From contig JAVJQW010000019.1 in assembly GCA_040218735.1 (NCBI GenBank), positions 224,001 to 288,000 on the forward strand: a DNA stretch of 64,000 nt, given 5' to 3'. This stretch comes from Deltaproteobacteria bacterium. GTDB lineage: Bacteria; Myxococcota; Kuafuiibacteriia; Kuafuiibacteriales; Kuafuiibacteriaceae. Below, piece after piece: positions 9,868 to 21,516 of the stretch. The notes under the pieces are model-generated. The model was not told where the DNA came from. It made no database searches and was given only the letters and a program-made list of their open reading frames with translations. Both the position numbers and the translations under genes were made by a program. Each line of letters starts with the position of its first letter. Position 1 is the first letter of the stretch.

Positions 9868-10977
9868 ATGGAGTTGACCATCCGCGTTCCCGAGCTGGTG
9901 AAGGCGCTCCAGCGCGTGCAGGGCATCGTCGAGAAGAAGACGACGATGCCCATCCTCGCCAACGCGCTCATCAAGTCGAAGGGCAAGGGGCAGATCACTG
10001 TCTCCGCCACCGACCTCGAGATCGGCCTCACCGCCGACTACGAAGCCGAGGTCACGAAAACCGGAGCGATGACCCTCGGTGCGAAGGCGCTCTTCGACAT
10101 CGTGCGCGCGCTCCCCGAAGAGAAGGTCACGCTCAAGCAGACCTCGAACCAGTGGGTGGAGATCACCTGCGGCAAGGTGAAGTACCGCGTCGTCGGCATG
10201 GCGGCCGACACCTTCCCCACGCTGCCGACGTTCGACGAGGTCCCCTTCTTCGAGCTCGACGCGCGCGTCTTCCGCGAGATGATCGACAAGACGCTGTACG
10301 CCGTCTCGACCGACGAGACCCGCTACAACCTCACCGGCGTCTTCTGCGAGCCGGTCGCCGGGACGTCGGGCCTGCGCATGGTCGCGACGGACGGCCACCG
10401 CCTCTCCGTCATCGAGCGCCCCACCGCCGAAGCCCCCGCGATGAAGGAGGGCGTCATCATCCCGCGCAAGGGCCTCGTCGAGCTGAAGAAGCTCCTCGAC
10501 GAGAGCGGCGACGGCGCAAAGCTCGGCTTCGTCGAAAACAGCGCGGTGTTCGAAAAGGACGGCATCACGCTCACGATGCGCCTCGTCGACGGCCGCTTCC
10601 CCGACTACCAGCAGGTCATCCCGCAGGCGTCGTCACGTCGCGTGCAGATCGGTCGACAGGCGCTGTTCAACGGCCTCAAGCGCACGTCGCTGTTGTCACC
10701 GGACAAGGCCCAGGGCGTCCGCATCGACCTCTCCGACAACGTCCTCGCGCTCACCGCCAACAACCCGGATCTCGGCGAAGCCCGTGAAGAGATCCCGGTC
10801 GAGTACGATTCGGACGCGCTGAAGATCGGCTTCAACTTTCGCTACCTGATCGACGTCCTCGGCGTCCTCACGGAAGACGTCGTCGAGTTCGAGCTCACCG
10901 ACGAGCTGTCCCCCGGCGTCATCCACGGCGTCGGCAGCGAGGGCTACCGGGCGGTGATCATGCCCATGAGGATCTAG
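9868..10977 (+). CDS. dnaN: DNA polymerase III beta sliding clamp
   Basis: ATDLEIG, VATDGHRL, IIPRKG, GRFPDYQQVIP, C-terminal IMPMRI. Confidence 0.99.
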   Translation: MELTIRVPELVKALQRVQGIVEKKTTMPILANALIKSKGKGQITVSATDLEIGLTADYEAEVTKTGAMTLGAKALFDIVRALPEEKVTLKQTSNQWVEITCGKVKYRVVGMAADTFPTLPTFDEVPFFELDARVFREMIDKTLYAVSTDETRYNLTGVFCEPVAGTSGLRMVATDGHRLSVIERPTAEAPAMKEGVIIPRKGLVELKKLLDESGDGAKLGFVENSAVFEKDGITLTMRLVDGRFPDYQQVIPQASSRRVQIGRQALFNGLKRTSLLSPDKAQGVRIDLSDNVLALTANNPDLGEAREEIPVEYDSDALKIGFNFRYLIDVLGVLTEDVVEFELTDELSPGVIHGVGSEGYRAVIMPMRI

Positions 10978-11014
10978 CCCGAAGGCCAGATCCTCACCGG
11001 GTCCCGGTTCCTCG

Positions 11015-12110
11015 ATGCGCTTCCTCTCCGCCCACCTCACCGACTTCCGCAACATCCGCTCGGCCGAGATCGAATTCTCCCGCAGCTTCACCGCGCTGAT
11101 CGGCCCCAACGGTCAGGGCAAGACCAACGCGATCGAGTCACTCTATCTCGTCGCCGCGCTCCGCCCCCTCCGCTCGGTCCCCAGGCGCGCGCTCGTCCAC
11201 ACCGAGGCGCAGCGCACCGAGGTCGCGGTCGAAGTCGACGTCGCCACCACGGGCCTACAGCACCAGCTCTCCGTCGCGCTGGAGGGGGCGTCGCGCACGC
11301 TCGTCAAGGACGACAAGAAGGTCCCCGCCGCGAGCTTCCTCGGCCACGCCGTCGCGGTCGCGTTCACGCCCGACGATCTCGTCCTCGCGAAGGGCGGTCC
11401 CGACGGTCGCCGTCGTTTCCTCGATCGCGCGCTCCTCAACATTCGCCCCGCGTACCTCGAGCGCGCGATGCGCTACGCCAAGGCCGTGAAGGACCGCAAC
11501 AAGGTCCTCACCGAGCACGGCTCCGACACGATGATCGACGCGTTCGACGAGATCATCGCCGCCGAGGGCGCCGCGATCATGACGGCGCGCGCGCAGTACG
11601 TTCGCGAGGTCGGCGATCGCGTCGTCGAGAACTTCGAGCGTATCTGCACCCCCGCCCCCGAGCTGAAGATCCGCTACGCGCCGTCGCTCTCCCGCGGGCT
11701 CGAGATCGACGACGTCGAAGCGACGCGCGACGCCTTCCTCGAAGAGCTCGGGGGTCGCCGCGGCCTCGATCGCCAGCGCAGAAAGACCACCGTCGGTCCA
11801 CACCTCGACGACCTCACCCTTCACCTCGCCGGGAAGTCCGCGCGCGAGCGCGCCTCGCAGGGCCAACACCGCGCGCTGGTCCTCGCGCTGAAGCTCGCCG
11901 AGATCACGCACCTCGCGGAGCAGCTCGAAGAGCCGCCGATCCTCCTCCTCGACGACATGTCGTCCGAGCTCGACCAGACGCGCTCTCGGCAGCTCTTCGA
12001 ATCCGTCGCCAAGCTCGAGGGGCAGGTCATCCTGACGAGCACCGAGGAGCCCGCCTCGCTGAAGGCTCTCCTCTCGGATCCCGACGATCTGCGGATCTAC
12101 GACGTCGACG

Positions 12111-12133
<23 letters not shown>
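11015..12133 (+). CDS. recF: DNA replication/repair protein RecF
   Basis: [39 protein letters not shown]. Confidence 0.97.
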
Positions 12134-14030
<1,897 letters not shown>

Positions 14031-14062
14031 CCTCGCCGCATCCCTCGAACACCGTCGCAGCT

Positions 14063-15109
14063 GTGTCGGGGCCACGGCGACTGAACGACAAGCTGCTGCA
14101 CATCGACGCCGCGCTCGACGGTGGCAGTGAAGTCGCCGGTCGACGCAGCGGCGCGCTCCTGCTCGATCACATCCGGTTCCGCCCGCGCGCGCTCCCCGAA
14201 GTGAACCTCGCGGACGTCGACGTCTCGCTCACCTTCCTCGGCAAGAAGATCGCCGCACCCTTCATGGTGTCGCCGATGACCGGCGGGCTCGAACGCGGCG
14301 GCGATCTCAACCGACGCATGGCGCGCGCCGCGGAAGCGGTGCAGATCCCGTTCGGCGTCGGCTCGCAGCGCGTCGCTCTCGAGGTCCCCGCGCGGGCGAA
14401 GGACTTCGAGCTGCGCGACGTCGCCCCGACGATCCCGCTGTTCGCGAACCTCGGCGCGGTCCAGCTCGTCAAAGGCTATGGCCCGAAGGAAGCCGCGCGC
14501 GCCGTCGAGATGATCCAAGCCGACGCGCTCTACCTCCACCTCAACGCGATGCAGGAGGTCGTCCAAGAGGGCGGCGACACGGACTGGCGCGGCGTCCTGA
14601 AGGGCATCGAGAAGGTCTGCACGTACTTCGACAAACACGGCCTCCCGCCCGTCTTCGCGCGCGAGGTCGGCTTCGGCCTGCCCACCGACGACGCCAAACG
14701 CCTCCTCGACGCCGGCGTGCAGGGCCTCGACTGCGCCGGCGGTGGCGGCACGAGCTGGACGCTCGTCGAAGGTCGCGTCGCGAACGAGCCGATGGCCCGG
14801 ACGATGGGCGACACGTTCGCCGCGTGGGGCCTCACCACGCCCGAGGCGATCCTCGAAGCGCGCGCCGCTTCCAAGCGGGTACCGATCGTCGCGTCCGGCG
14901 GCGTGCGGACCGGGCTCGATGTCGCACGCTGCGTCGCCCTCGGCGCGACGATCGCCGGCATGGCGTCACCGGTCCTCCGCGCAGCGGCCGAGAGCGAAGA
15001 GGCCGTCGAGCGCTTCCTCCGCACGGTGATCGCCGAGATTCGCGGGACGTTGTTCGGCGTCGGCGCGAAGAACCTGAAGGCGTTTCGTAAGAAGCCGCGC
15101 GTGGTCTAA
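14063..15109 (+). CDS. fni: type 2 (FMN-dependent) isopentenyl-diphosphate isomerase
   Basis: RALPEVNLADVD, SPMTGG, GVGSQR, FANLG, HLNAMQE, EVGFG, GGGGTSW, SGGVRTGLD; start trimmed from the long ORF. Confidence 0.93.
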   Translation: MSGPRRLNDKLLHIDAALDGGSEVAGRRSGALLLDHIRFRPRALPEVNLADVDVSLTFLGKKIAAPFMVSPMTGGLERGGDLNRRMARAAEAVQIPFGVGSQRVALEVPARAKDFELRDVAPTIPLFANLGAVQLVKGYGPKEAARAVEMIQADALYLHLNAMQEVVQEGGDTDWRGVLKGIEKVCTYFDKHGLPPVFAREVGFGLPTDDAKRLLDAGVQGLDCAGGGGTSWTLVEGRVANEPMARTMGDTFAAWGLTTPEAILEARAASKRVPIVASGGVRTGLDVARCVALGATIAGMASPVLRAAAESEEAVERFLRTVIAEIRGTLFGVGAKNLKAFRKKPRVV

Positions 15110-15119
15110 GCTCCGGCCC

Positions 15120-15473
15120 GTGAGTGACGAGCGTCGCCAGAGTCCGCGTCGGTCGATGACGCTGAAGATTCGCGTCGACGGCCCGAAGGGTCGCGCGTCG
15201 CTCACCGCGCGCGACGTGTCGAAGGAGGGGGTCTTCGTCGAGTCGCCGAAGCCGCTCCCGATCGGCTCGCGTGTGGACTGCCGGCTCGAGCTACCCGGGC
15301 AAGGCTCCGAGCGTGGGCCGCGCATCGAATTCGCGGCCGAGGTTCGGCACCAGTCGAACAAGTACACGACCGACGACGGCGCCGGACCGTTCCGTGGGTT
15401 CGGTGTCCGCATCACGCGCATCGGCGTCGAGGAGCAACAGACGTTGTTTGCGTTCCTCGAATCCGTCGCGTGA
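15120..15473 (+). CDS. PilZ domain protein
   Basis: ERRQSPR (RxxxR) and DVSKEGVF (DxSxxG). Confidence 0.88.
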   Translation: MSDERRQSPRRSMTLKIRVDGPKGRASLTARDVSKEGVFVESPKPLPIGSRVDCRLELPGQGSERGPRIEFAAEVRHQSNKYTTDDGAGPFRGFGVRITRIGVEEQQTLFAFLESVA

Positions 15474-15548
15474 TCGTGACGAATCGGCGGCGTACCGGGG
15501 CGCGGTTGACGCCCGATTTGGCCATGACGTAGCGTCCCCGGCCTTCCC

Positions 15549-16517
15549 ATGGGCGGCGGAAACAACCTCGGTGCAATCGGCTCCGGAGGCGCGTTCGGCG
15601 GCTTCGATGCGGCGGACTTCGACGCCTTCGCGAAGAAGAAGTGGTCGTCCAACGCGTACACGCTGGAGCGTCGTCAGGCGAAGGACCGGCTGCTCGCCCT
15701 CGTGCGCGCGGTGCAGGACGAGCTCGAGGAAGAGCTGTCCACGCTCGAGCTCGGCGCGACCGACGAAGCACCTTCCGTGGCGAACGGTCGCAAGGTGCAA
15801 GCGCAGTGGGCCTTCTTCACGCGCGCGGCACCGGAGCGCGCGGCGCTCAAGACGCTGCTCAACCGCACCGACCTCGCGAGCGGCGCGAGCCTGTTCGACA
15901 TCGCGGTGCACCACCAACACGCGTGTCTGCAGCTTCGCCTCGACGAGGACGGGCTCGCGATCGGTATGGAGATCGCGGGCAAGGCGACGGTCGATCGCGA
16001 CAACGCGACGAAGAAGCTCGAGCACAAGTGGGCGCGCGACAAACTGCAGGCGCTCGCGAAGGAGCTCCCGAACGGCGCGCGCGTCGGCCTCGGTGCGGAC
16101 GCGGTGGAGGCGATCGACCTCGACGCCGAGGCGGTCGAGCGGTGGGCGAAGGCGTTGCCGAAGTCCGGCGATCGGGTGTTCGCGGAGGCCGTGCTCGGAC
16201 GGGACGAAGAGGTGCTCGCGAGCGACGCGCTGATCGGCACCGCCGTGGAGTGCGTCGCGGGTTTCTTGCCGATGCTCGAGTTCCTCGCGTGGTCGCGCGA
16301 CAACGACCACACGCAGGTGAAGGACGCGATCAAGGAGCAGAAGAAGGTCGCGGAGGAGCGCGCGGCGACGCTCGAGCCCGGCTCGCGCGTGACGATCCTC
16401 GCGGGTCTGTTCGCGGGGCGCGGCGGCTACGTGGCCGAGGTGCAGAAGGGGAAGGCCAAGGTCATGGTCGGGCCGGTGAGCGTGACGGTCGACGTGAAGG
16501 ACCTCAAGGGGACCTGA
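15549..16517 (+). CDS. hypothetical protein, DUF1054-like N-terminus with C-terminal KOW motif
   Basis: N-terminal GFDAADFDAF; C-terminal LEPGSRVTILAGLFAGRGGYVAEVQKGKAKVMVG resembles the NusG KOW. Confidence 0.7.
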   Translation: MGGGNNLGAIGSGGAFGGFDAADFDAFAKKKWSSNAYTLERRQAKDRLLALVRAVQDELEEELSTLELGATDEAPSVANGRKVQAQWAFFTRAAPERAALKTLLNRTDLASGASLFDIAVHHQHACLQLRLDEDGLAIGMEIAGKATVDRDNATKKLEHKWARDKLQALAKELPNGARVGLGADAVEAIDLDAEAVERWAKALPKSGDRVFAEAVLGRDEEVLASDALIGTAVECVAGFLPMLEFLAWSRDNDHTQVKDAIKEQKKVAEERAATLEPGSRVTILAGLFAGRGGYVAEVQKGKAKVMVGPVSVTVDVKDLKGT

Positions 16518-16777
16518 TGGCCGTCCGCCAGCGCGACAAACGCGAGACCGTCGGGCAGACGATTCGCAAGAAGCTGTTCATGTCGATGGTGCCCGCGGCG
16601 GTCGGTGCGGTCGGCGGGTACTACTACGGTGTCAGCGAGCTGGACCCGGCGCTGTCGACGAGCTCGACGCTCCCCGCGATGTACGGGTGCATGGGCGCGA
16701 TCGTCGGCGTGTTGGGCGTGCGGATCTTCGCGCTGTTCAAGGAGATGATCAGCGACTTCTTCGACAAGCCGTCCTGA
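16517..16777 (+). CDS. small two-TM membrane protein
   Basis: ATG overlaps the upstream TGA (TGATG); two hydrophobic segments. Confidence 0.7.
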   Translation: MAVRQRDKRETVGQTIRKKLFMSMVPAAVGAVGGYYYGVSELDPALSTSSTLPAMYGCMGAIVGVLGVRIFALFKEMISDFFDKPS

Positions 16778-16824
16778 GTCGTTTTTTTGACCACATCGTC
16801 GGACATCGGCACCCTCTGTCGCAG

Positions 16825-17253
16825 ATGGACCGACGCCACGAAGCGCACCCCAGTCAGCTCCCCACTTCGGGCGACCGCCGCAAGGGCGATCGCCGCTCCG
16901 GCTCTCGCCTCTCGTTGTCCTTGGAGATCGCCGTCCCGGTGCAGGTCGACACCGACCTGGGCCCGCAGCGGGGCCTGGCGCGCAACATCTCCGAGGGGGG
17001 GATGTTGATCGAGGTGGAGGAGGCGCCGCCGATCGGCTCGCGCGTGCGCGTGACGATCAACGGGATCCGCGGCTCATCGGATGCGCCGGACGCGATCACG
17101 CTCGACGGCGAGGTGCGGCACCACCTGGCGTGGCAGTACACGCGCCCGTCGGGGACGAAGTCGATGCGCGGGATTGGGATTCGGTTCGTGGAACCGGTGG
17201 AGGAGCGCCCGCTGACCGACTGGGTCTGGTCGACGGGTCACACGGTGCACTGA
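16825..17253 (+). CDS. PilZ domain protein
   Basis: DRRSGSR and NISEGGML motifs, GIGIRF. Confidence 0.85.
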   Translation: MDRRHEAHPSQLPTSGDRRKGDRRSGSRLSLSLEIAVPVQVDTDLGPQRGLARNISEGGMLIEVEEAPPIGSRVRVTINGIRGSSDAPDAITLDGEVRHHLAWQYTRPSGTKSMRGIGIRFVEPVEERPLTDWVWSTGHTVH

Positions 17254-17256
17254 CGA

Positions 17257-17898
17257 TCAGACGAACTCGGAGTCGAGCGCCATGCCCTCGAGGCTGTACA
17301 CGCCGAGGCGGTGCGCGAACGGGTTGCCCTCGTTGATGTATGCGGCGCGGTGGTTGCTCCACACGGCGTCGTAGTCGGCCTGGTCGACCGTGGTGTGCTC
17401 GGCGACGAGCTCGTACGGGACCTTCAGCTCGATGCCGATGTCGTCTTCGGCGAACGTGATCGGCTTGCCGCTGAGGGTCATGAACTTGTCGCCGCCCCGT
17501 TGGTACGAGCGGAAGTCACCCCAGCCGACGCGGCGGCTCACTTCGAAGAAGTTCTCCGTCGCGTAGTCGCCCTGCACCCAGCCGCCCCACAACGCGGCGT
17601 TCGTGGCGTGCGAGCCGATCGCCATCGAGGGCTGCTGCGGCAGGCGCGTGACGTCCTTGACGAACGATTCGAACTGCCCCGTCGGCGCGTTCAGCGCGGC
17701 GAGCACCTGCGCGGCCTGGTTGCCGTCGCCGCTGCCGTTGTTGCCGTCGCCGCTGTTGCGCTCTTGGTTGTCCGTCGTGGGCAGGTAGTTGTTCAGGCCG
17801 AAGACGGCCGAGTACTCACCAGGATCTCGGTCCGCCTGGTCGGCGCCACCCTGCTGATTGTTGACGGGCTTCGGGAAGACTTGAACGACCGCTGACAT
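17257..17898 (-). CDS. hypothetical protein
   Basis: Host-like codon bias; GGAGG RBS before MSAVVQ; N/G-rich linker; no family recognised. Confidence 0.7.
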   Translation of the reverse strand: MSAVVQVFPKPVNNQQGGADQADRDPGEYSAVFGLNNYLPTTDNQERNSGDGNNGSGDGNQAAQVLAALNAPTGQFESFVKDVTRLPQQPSMAIGSHATNAALWGGWVQGDYATENFFEVSRRVGWGDFRSYQRGGDKFMTLSGKPITFAEDDIGIELKVPYELVAEHTTVDQADYDAVWSNHRAAYINEGNPFAHRLGVYSLEGMALDSEFV

Positions 17899-17960
17899 GT
17901 CGACCTCCATTATCGTCGGAGCCCGGGACGTTGTTGCGGAAAAAGATCAGTGGTTCCAGA

Positions 17961-17976
17961 TGCTTACATTGTACCA
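17961..17976 (-). promoter_or_regulatory. possible sigma-54 (-24/-12) promoter
   Basis: TGGTACAATGTAAGCA on the minus strand, GG-N10-GC spacing, about 60 nt upstream of the 17898 start. Confidence 0.4.
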
Positions 17977-18094
17977 CATTCATTCGCGGGTGACGATGCG
18001 ATCGGGGCTCATGCTCTTTGATTGACAGACCGAATCCGAAACAAACAAGTTGCCCACCCGCCGACGTGGATCGGCTACATTGATAGGGAACGCA

Positions 18095-18313
18095 ATGCCG
18101 AAAGACGACCAGATAGAATGTGAAGGCATCATCAAGGAAGTGCTGCCAAACGGGATGTTCCGCGTGGAAATCGCGCCTGGACAGAACATCCTGGCCTACG
18201 TCTCGGGCAAGATGCGCAAGTTCTTCATTCGCATCGTGCTCGGGGACAAGGTGACGGTGGCGCTGTCGCCTTACGACCTGACGAAGGGTCGCATCGTCTA
18301 CCGCGCGCGCTGA
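18095..18313 (+). CDS. infA: translation initiation factor IF-1
   Basis: [25 protein letters not shown]...[34 protein letters not shown]. Confidence 0.97.
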   Translation: MPKDDQIECEGIIKEVLPNGMFRVEIAPGQNILAYVSGKMRKFFIRIVLGDKVTVALSPYDLTKGRIVYRAR

Positions 18314-18326
18314 GCCGCGCCGAGCC

Positions 18327-19358
18327 ATGCCAGGGCCAGGACGGCAGGTCGTATTCACCATCGTCCTGGTGGCGTCGGGCGTCGCTCGCGCCGCTGAACC
18401 CGACAACCCCGCGGAGGTCTCCGCCACGCCCTTCGCCGCGGCCCTCGCGGCCGAAGCGCGCGGTGACGTGGGGGGCGCCCGCAAGGCCTACGAAGAAGCG
18501 CTCGCGCTCGAGCCGGAGAACGGCCGCGCGCTGGTGAACCTCGGGCTCCTCGAGATTCGGGCCCGCCGCGTCAAACAGGGGCGCACCCACTGCGACAAGG
18601 CGATGGAGCTCGATCCCGAGGCCTCCAAGGTGCACTACTGCCTGGGACTCGCCGCGCTGCGGACCCGGGAGATCGCGGAAGCGACCACGGCGTTCGAACG
18701 CGCGATCGCGCTCCGGGACGAAGACCCCGCCCCCAAGATCGAGCTCGCCCACCTGCGCCGCAAGGCCAAGCGGTACGAGGAGGCGGTCGAGCTGTACCGA
18801 GACGCGGTGCGCAAGAAGGCCGACGATCCCAAGCTGCACGTGCACCTGGGCTATTGTTACAAGGTCCTCGGTCAGCTCCCGGCGGCCGAGGTCGAGTACC
18901 GCAAGGCGGTCCAGAAGGACCCCAAGAGCTACTACGGCCACCTGAACCTCGGGTGGGTGCTCGTGAAGCGGCGCGCCGACGACGAAGCCGAAAAACACTA
19001 CCTCGCGGCGGTCGAGCTGGAGCCGGAGGAGGCCACGCCGCATTTCAACCTCGGCAACCTCTACCGCCGAAAGCGTCGCCTCGAGGATGCGCTGAAACAC
19101 TACGTTCGCGCCGCCGAGCTCGACCCCGACGCGGCGGATCACCACCTCGAACGCGCGCGCACCGAGTGGCTCCTCGGTCGCGTCGACGCCGCCAAGAAGT
19201 CGATCGCCGCCGCGCGTAACGCCGGGCCCACCGACAAGGAGGTCAAGGCGATCGACAAGCTCGAATCGATCCTCCACAAGGCGCCGCCGACGCGCGTCGA
19301 AGAAGATCGCAAGGCCGCCGACGCCGAGCGCCGCGAGGCGCGCCCCGGCCCGAACTGA
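18327..19358 (+). CDS. secreted TPR-repeat protein
   Basis: Signal peptide; repeated A..LEP....A..NLG TPR units. Confidence 0.88.
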   Translation: MPGPGRQVVFTIVLVASGVARAAEPDNPAEVSATPFAAALAAEARGDVGGARKAYEEALALEPENGRALVNLGLLEIRARRVKQGRTHCDKAMELDPEASKVHYCLGLAALRTREIAEATTAFERAIALRDEDPAPKIELAHLRRKAKRYEEAVELYRDAVRKKADDPKLHVHLGYCYKVLGQLPAAEVEYRKAVQKDPKSYYGHLNLGWVLVKRRADDEAEKHYLAAVELEPEEATPHFNLGNLYRRKRRLEDALKHYVRAAELDPDAADHHLERARTEWLLGRVDAAKKSIAAARNAGPTDKEVKAIDKLESILHKAPPTRVEEDRKAADAERREARPGPN

Positions 19359-19359
19359 A

Positions 19360-20706
19360 TCATCGGTCGGCGAGCGCGACGCGGTAGTAGTTCGGGCAGT
19401 AGACGAAGTTGTCTTTGCACGCCTTCGCGAGCCCCTCCGTCGCGACCCTTCGCGTCGCTTCGTCTTCGACGAAGGAGACCAGGCCCCTGCAGCTCTGCGC
19501 AGCGCCCCCCTCACAGTCCGTACGTAGCTCGGCGATGGCCTTCGCTCGGTCGGCCGGCGAGCCGAACTTCATCATCCGATGGCGTCGGACTCGCGCGCAG
19601 TACTTCGCTTGGGACGCGTCGGTGCAGAAGGTCTCGAACACCTCCTTGGCCCGGCGTTCCGCGTCCGCCGCGTCGGGGCTGTCGGTGTATCGCGCCATCC
19701 GCGCGAGGAGGAAGCAGCCTCCCGGGATCTTCTTGGCGCAGTAGCCTTCCGCGCGCGCTCGCTCGGCCTGGAACAACCGTTGGACCTCGTCCGCGGAGAG
19801 CTTCACCTTCCCGTCGATCACCGCCTCCGCCAGCCACGTGCAGTGCAGCTTCTCGCACTTCTTCACGTGGTCGCGGGACGCGGACTGCAGCGCCCACGGC
19901 GTCGGGACGAACGTCCGCAGGAAGCGGTCGCGTGGCATCTTCCTCTCGCGTCCCGCCATGCTCTCGACCACCGCCCGGCTCGGTTCGACACCCAGGCCGG
20001 TCGCGTAGGCGAACGCCGCGGGCCCGCACTGTTCTCCCTTCGACTCGCAGGCGGCTCGCATCGTCTCCACGACGCTCCGCACCCGCGGCGACGCGATGGT
20101 TTCGCGCTTCGGGGAGACCAACGCGAGCTGGTACTCCTTGGCGCAGCGCTCGGAGCGGGCGATCGAGCACCCGGACGTGGTGGTCGGCGGTGACGTTCGC
20201 GGGGGCCGCCGCGCCGTCGGCCTGCGGATGGAATCGCAGAAGGTCGGTCGCCCCGAAGCGCAGAGGCGTCGGCGGAGGGGGTCGGTCTTCGGAGAGTCCG
20301 TCGCGGCGTAGATGTACGCGAGCTCCGCGCACGCATCGGGGAGGCGCTTCGTACACGGCGGCGCCTTCTTCTCCGCGAGGTCGGCCCACTCGCGCGCCTT
20401 CGTGTAGCTACCGGCCTCGACGTTTGCCACGACCAAGCGTCGACACCCGGACAGATCGCCACCTCGGCAAGCCTTCGGTGCGGCCTTCATCTTCGCGTGC
20501 TCCGCGGCCCGTCGTTGACGCTTGAGCTCCGCCGCCCCCGGGCCCTCCCAATCCACGCAGATGCCTTTGCCGCGGTGGTTCTCGTATCCGGTCACGTACG
20601 GCTTCACGTAGCGTCGACAGCGCACGGCGCCCGGCGGCGGATGACAGCTGGCGATCACGAGGAGCAGCGCGGCGCATCGAAGATACATCGCCGCGGATAG
20701 TGGCAT
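19360..20706 (-). CDS. Cys-rich Sel1/Hcp-like repeat lipoprotein
   Basis: LLVIASC lipobox; repeated AC..G...GC/SC motifs; YATGLGV. Confidence 0.65.
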   Translation of the reverse strand: MPLSAAMYLRCAALLLVIASCHPPPGAVRCRRYVKPYVTGYENHRGKGICVDWEGPGAAELKRQRRAAEHAKMKAAPKACRGGDLSGCRRLVVANVEAGSYTKAREWADLAEKKAPPCTKRLPDACAELAYIYAATDSPKTDPLRRRLCASGRPTFCDSIRRPTARRPPRTSPPTTTSGCSIARSERCAKEYQLALVSPKRETIASPRVRSVVETMRAACESKGEQCGPAAFAYATGLGVEPSRAVVESMAGRERKMPRDRFLRTFVPTPWALQSASRDHVKKCEKLHCTWLAEAVIDGKVKLSADEVQRLFQAERARAEGYCAKKIPGGCFLLARMARYTDSPDAADAERRAKEVFETFCTDASQAKYCARVRRHRMMKFGSPADRAKAIAELRTDCEGGAAQSCRGLVSFVEDEATRRVATEGLAKACKDNFVYCPNYYRVALADR

Positions 20707-21516
20707 TCAGGCGAGGGCGTGCGCGAGGGCGGCGAACGTCTCGAGGTCGAGCGTCTCGGCCCGCCGGGAGAGATCCACGACCTCCGCGCCGCGCAGCACG
20801 ACCTCCCGATCGAACCGCGCCGACAGCGCATTGCGCAGCGTCTTCCTCCGCTGCCCGAACGCGGCGCGCACGACGGATTCGAAGTGGGCGGGGTCACCGA
20901 TGTCCACGGGGGGGGCGTCGCGCCAGTCGAAGCGGAGCACGGTGGAGTCGACGCGCGGGCGCGGCACGAAGCACCCCGCCGGGACGTTGCGCACCGTTCG
21001 AATCTCGGCGTGCACCGAGAAGAGCACGGTGAGTGAGCCGTAGCGCTTCGTCCCCACGCGCGCGACCAGTCGCTCGGCGACCTCGCGCTGCATCATGATC
21101 ACCGCGTGCCCCGTGACCGCGCGCTGGGTGAGCAGCGACAACAGGATCGGCGTGGTGATGTTGTACGGGATGTTGCCCACGACGGGGGCGCGCACGTCGC
21201 CGACGATCGGCGCGAGCGGAGTCGCGAGGAAGTCCGCGTTCACGACTTCGAGCGCGTCGGCTCCCGCGAGGCCCTCGAGCACCGGGACGAAGCGCCGGTC
21301 CTTCTCGATCGCGACCACTCGCTCGGCGCGCGCGAGGAGGCGTTCGGTCAGCGTGCCCGGGCCGGGTCCGATCTCCACGACGAGCGGCGCTTCCCCGACC
21401 GCGTCGGCGATCGCGTCGAGCGCGCTCGGGTCGACGAGGAAGTTCTGACCGAGCGCCTTCTTGGCGAACAGCTCGTGGTGCTCGAGTCGGTCGACGAGCT
21501 CGCGGCGCGAGCTCAC
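20707..21516 (-). CDS. rsmA: 16S rRNA m6,2A dimethyltransferase RsmA/KsgA
   Basis: KKALGQNFL, EIGPGPGTLT, GNIPYNIT, QREVAERL, FVPRPRVDS, FGQRRKTLRN. Confidence 0.96.
   Translation of the reverse strand: MSSRRELVDRLEHHELFAKKALGQNFLVDPSALDAIADAVGEAPLVVEIGPGPGTLTERLLARAERVVAIEKDRRFVPVLEGLAGADALEVVNADFLATPLAPIVGDVRAPVVGNIPYNITTPILLSLLTQRAVTGHAVIMMQREVAERLVARVGTKRYGSLTVLFSVHAEIRTVRNVPAGCFVPRPRVDSTVLRFDWRDAPPVDIGDPAHFESVVRAAFGQRRKTLRNALSARFDREVVLRGAEVVDLSRRAETLDLETFAALAHALA

Noticed and set aside
18156-18171. parS-like TGTTCCGCGTGGAAAT inside infA
   Set aside because: Three mismatches, including the CACGTG core, and explained by the conserved MFRVE codons.
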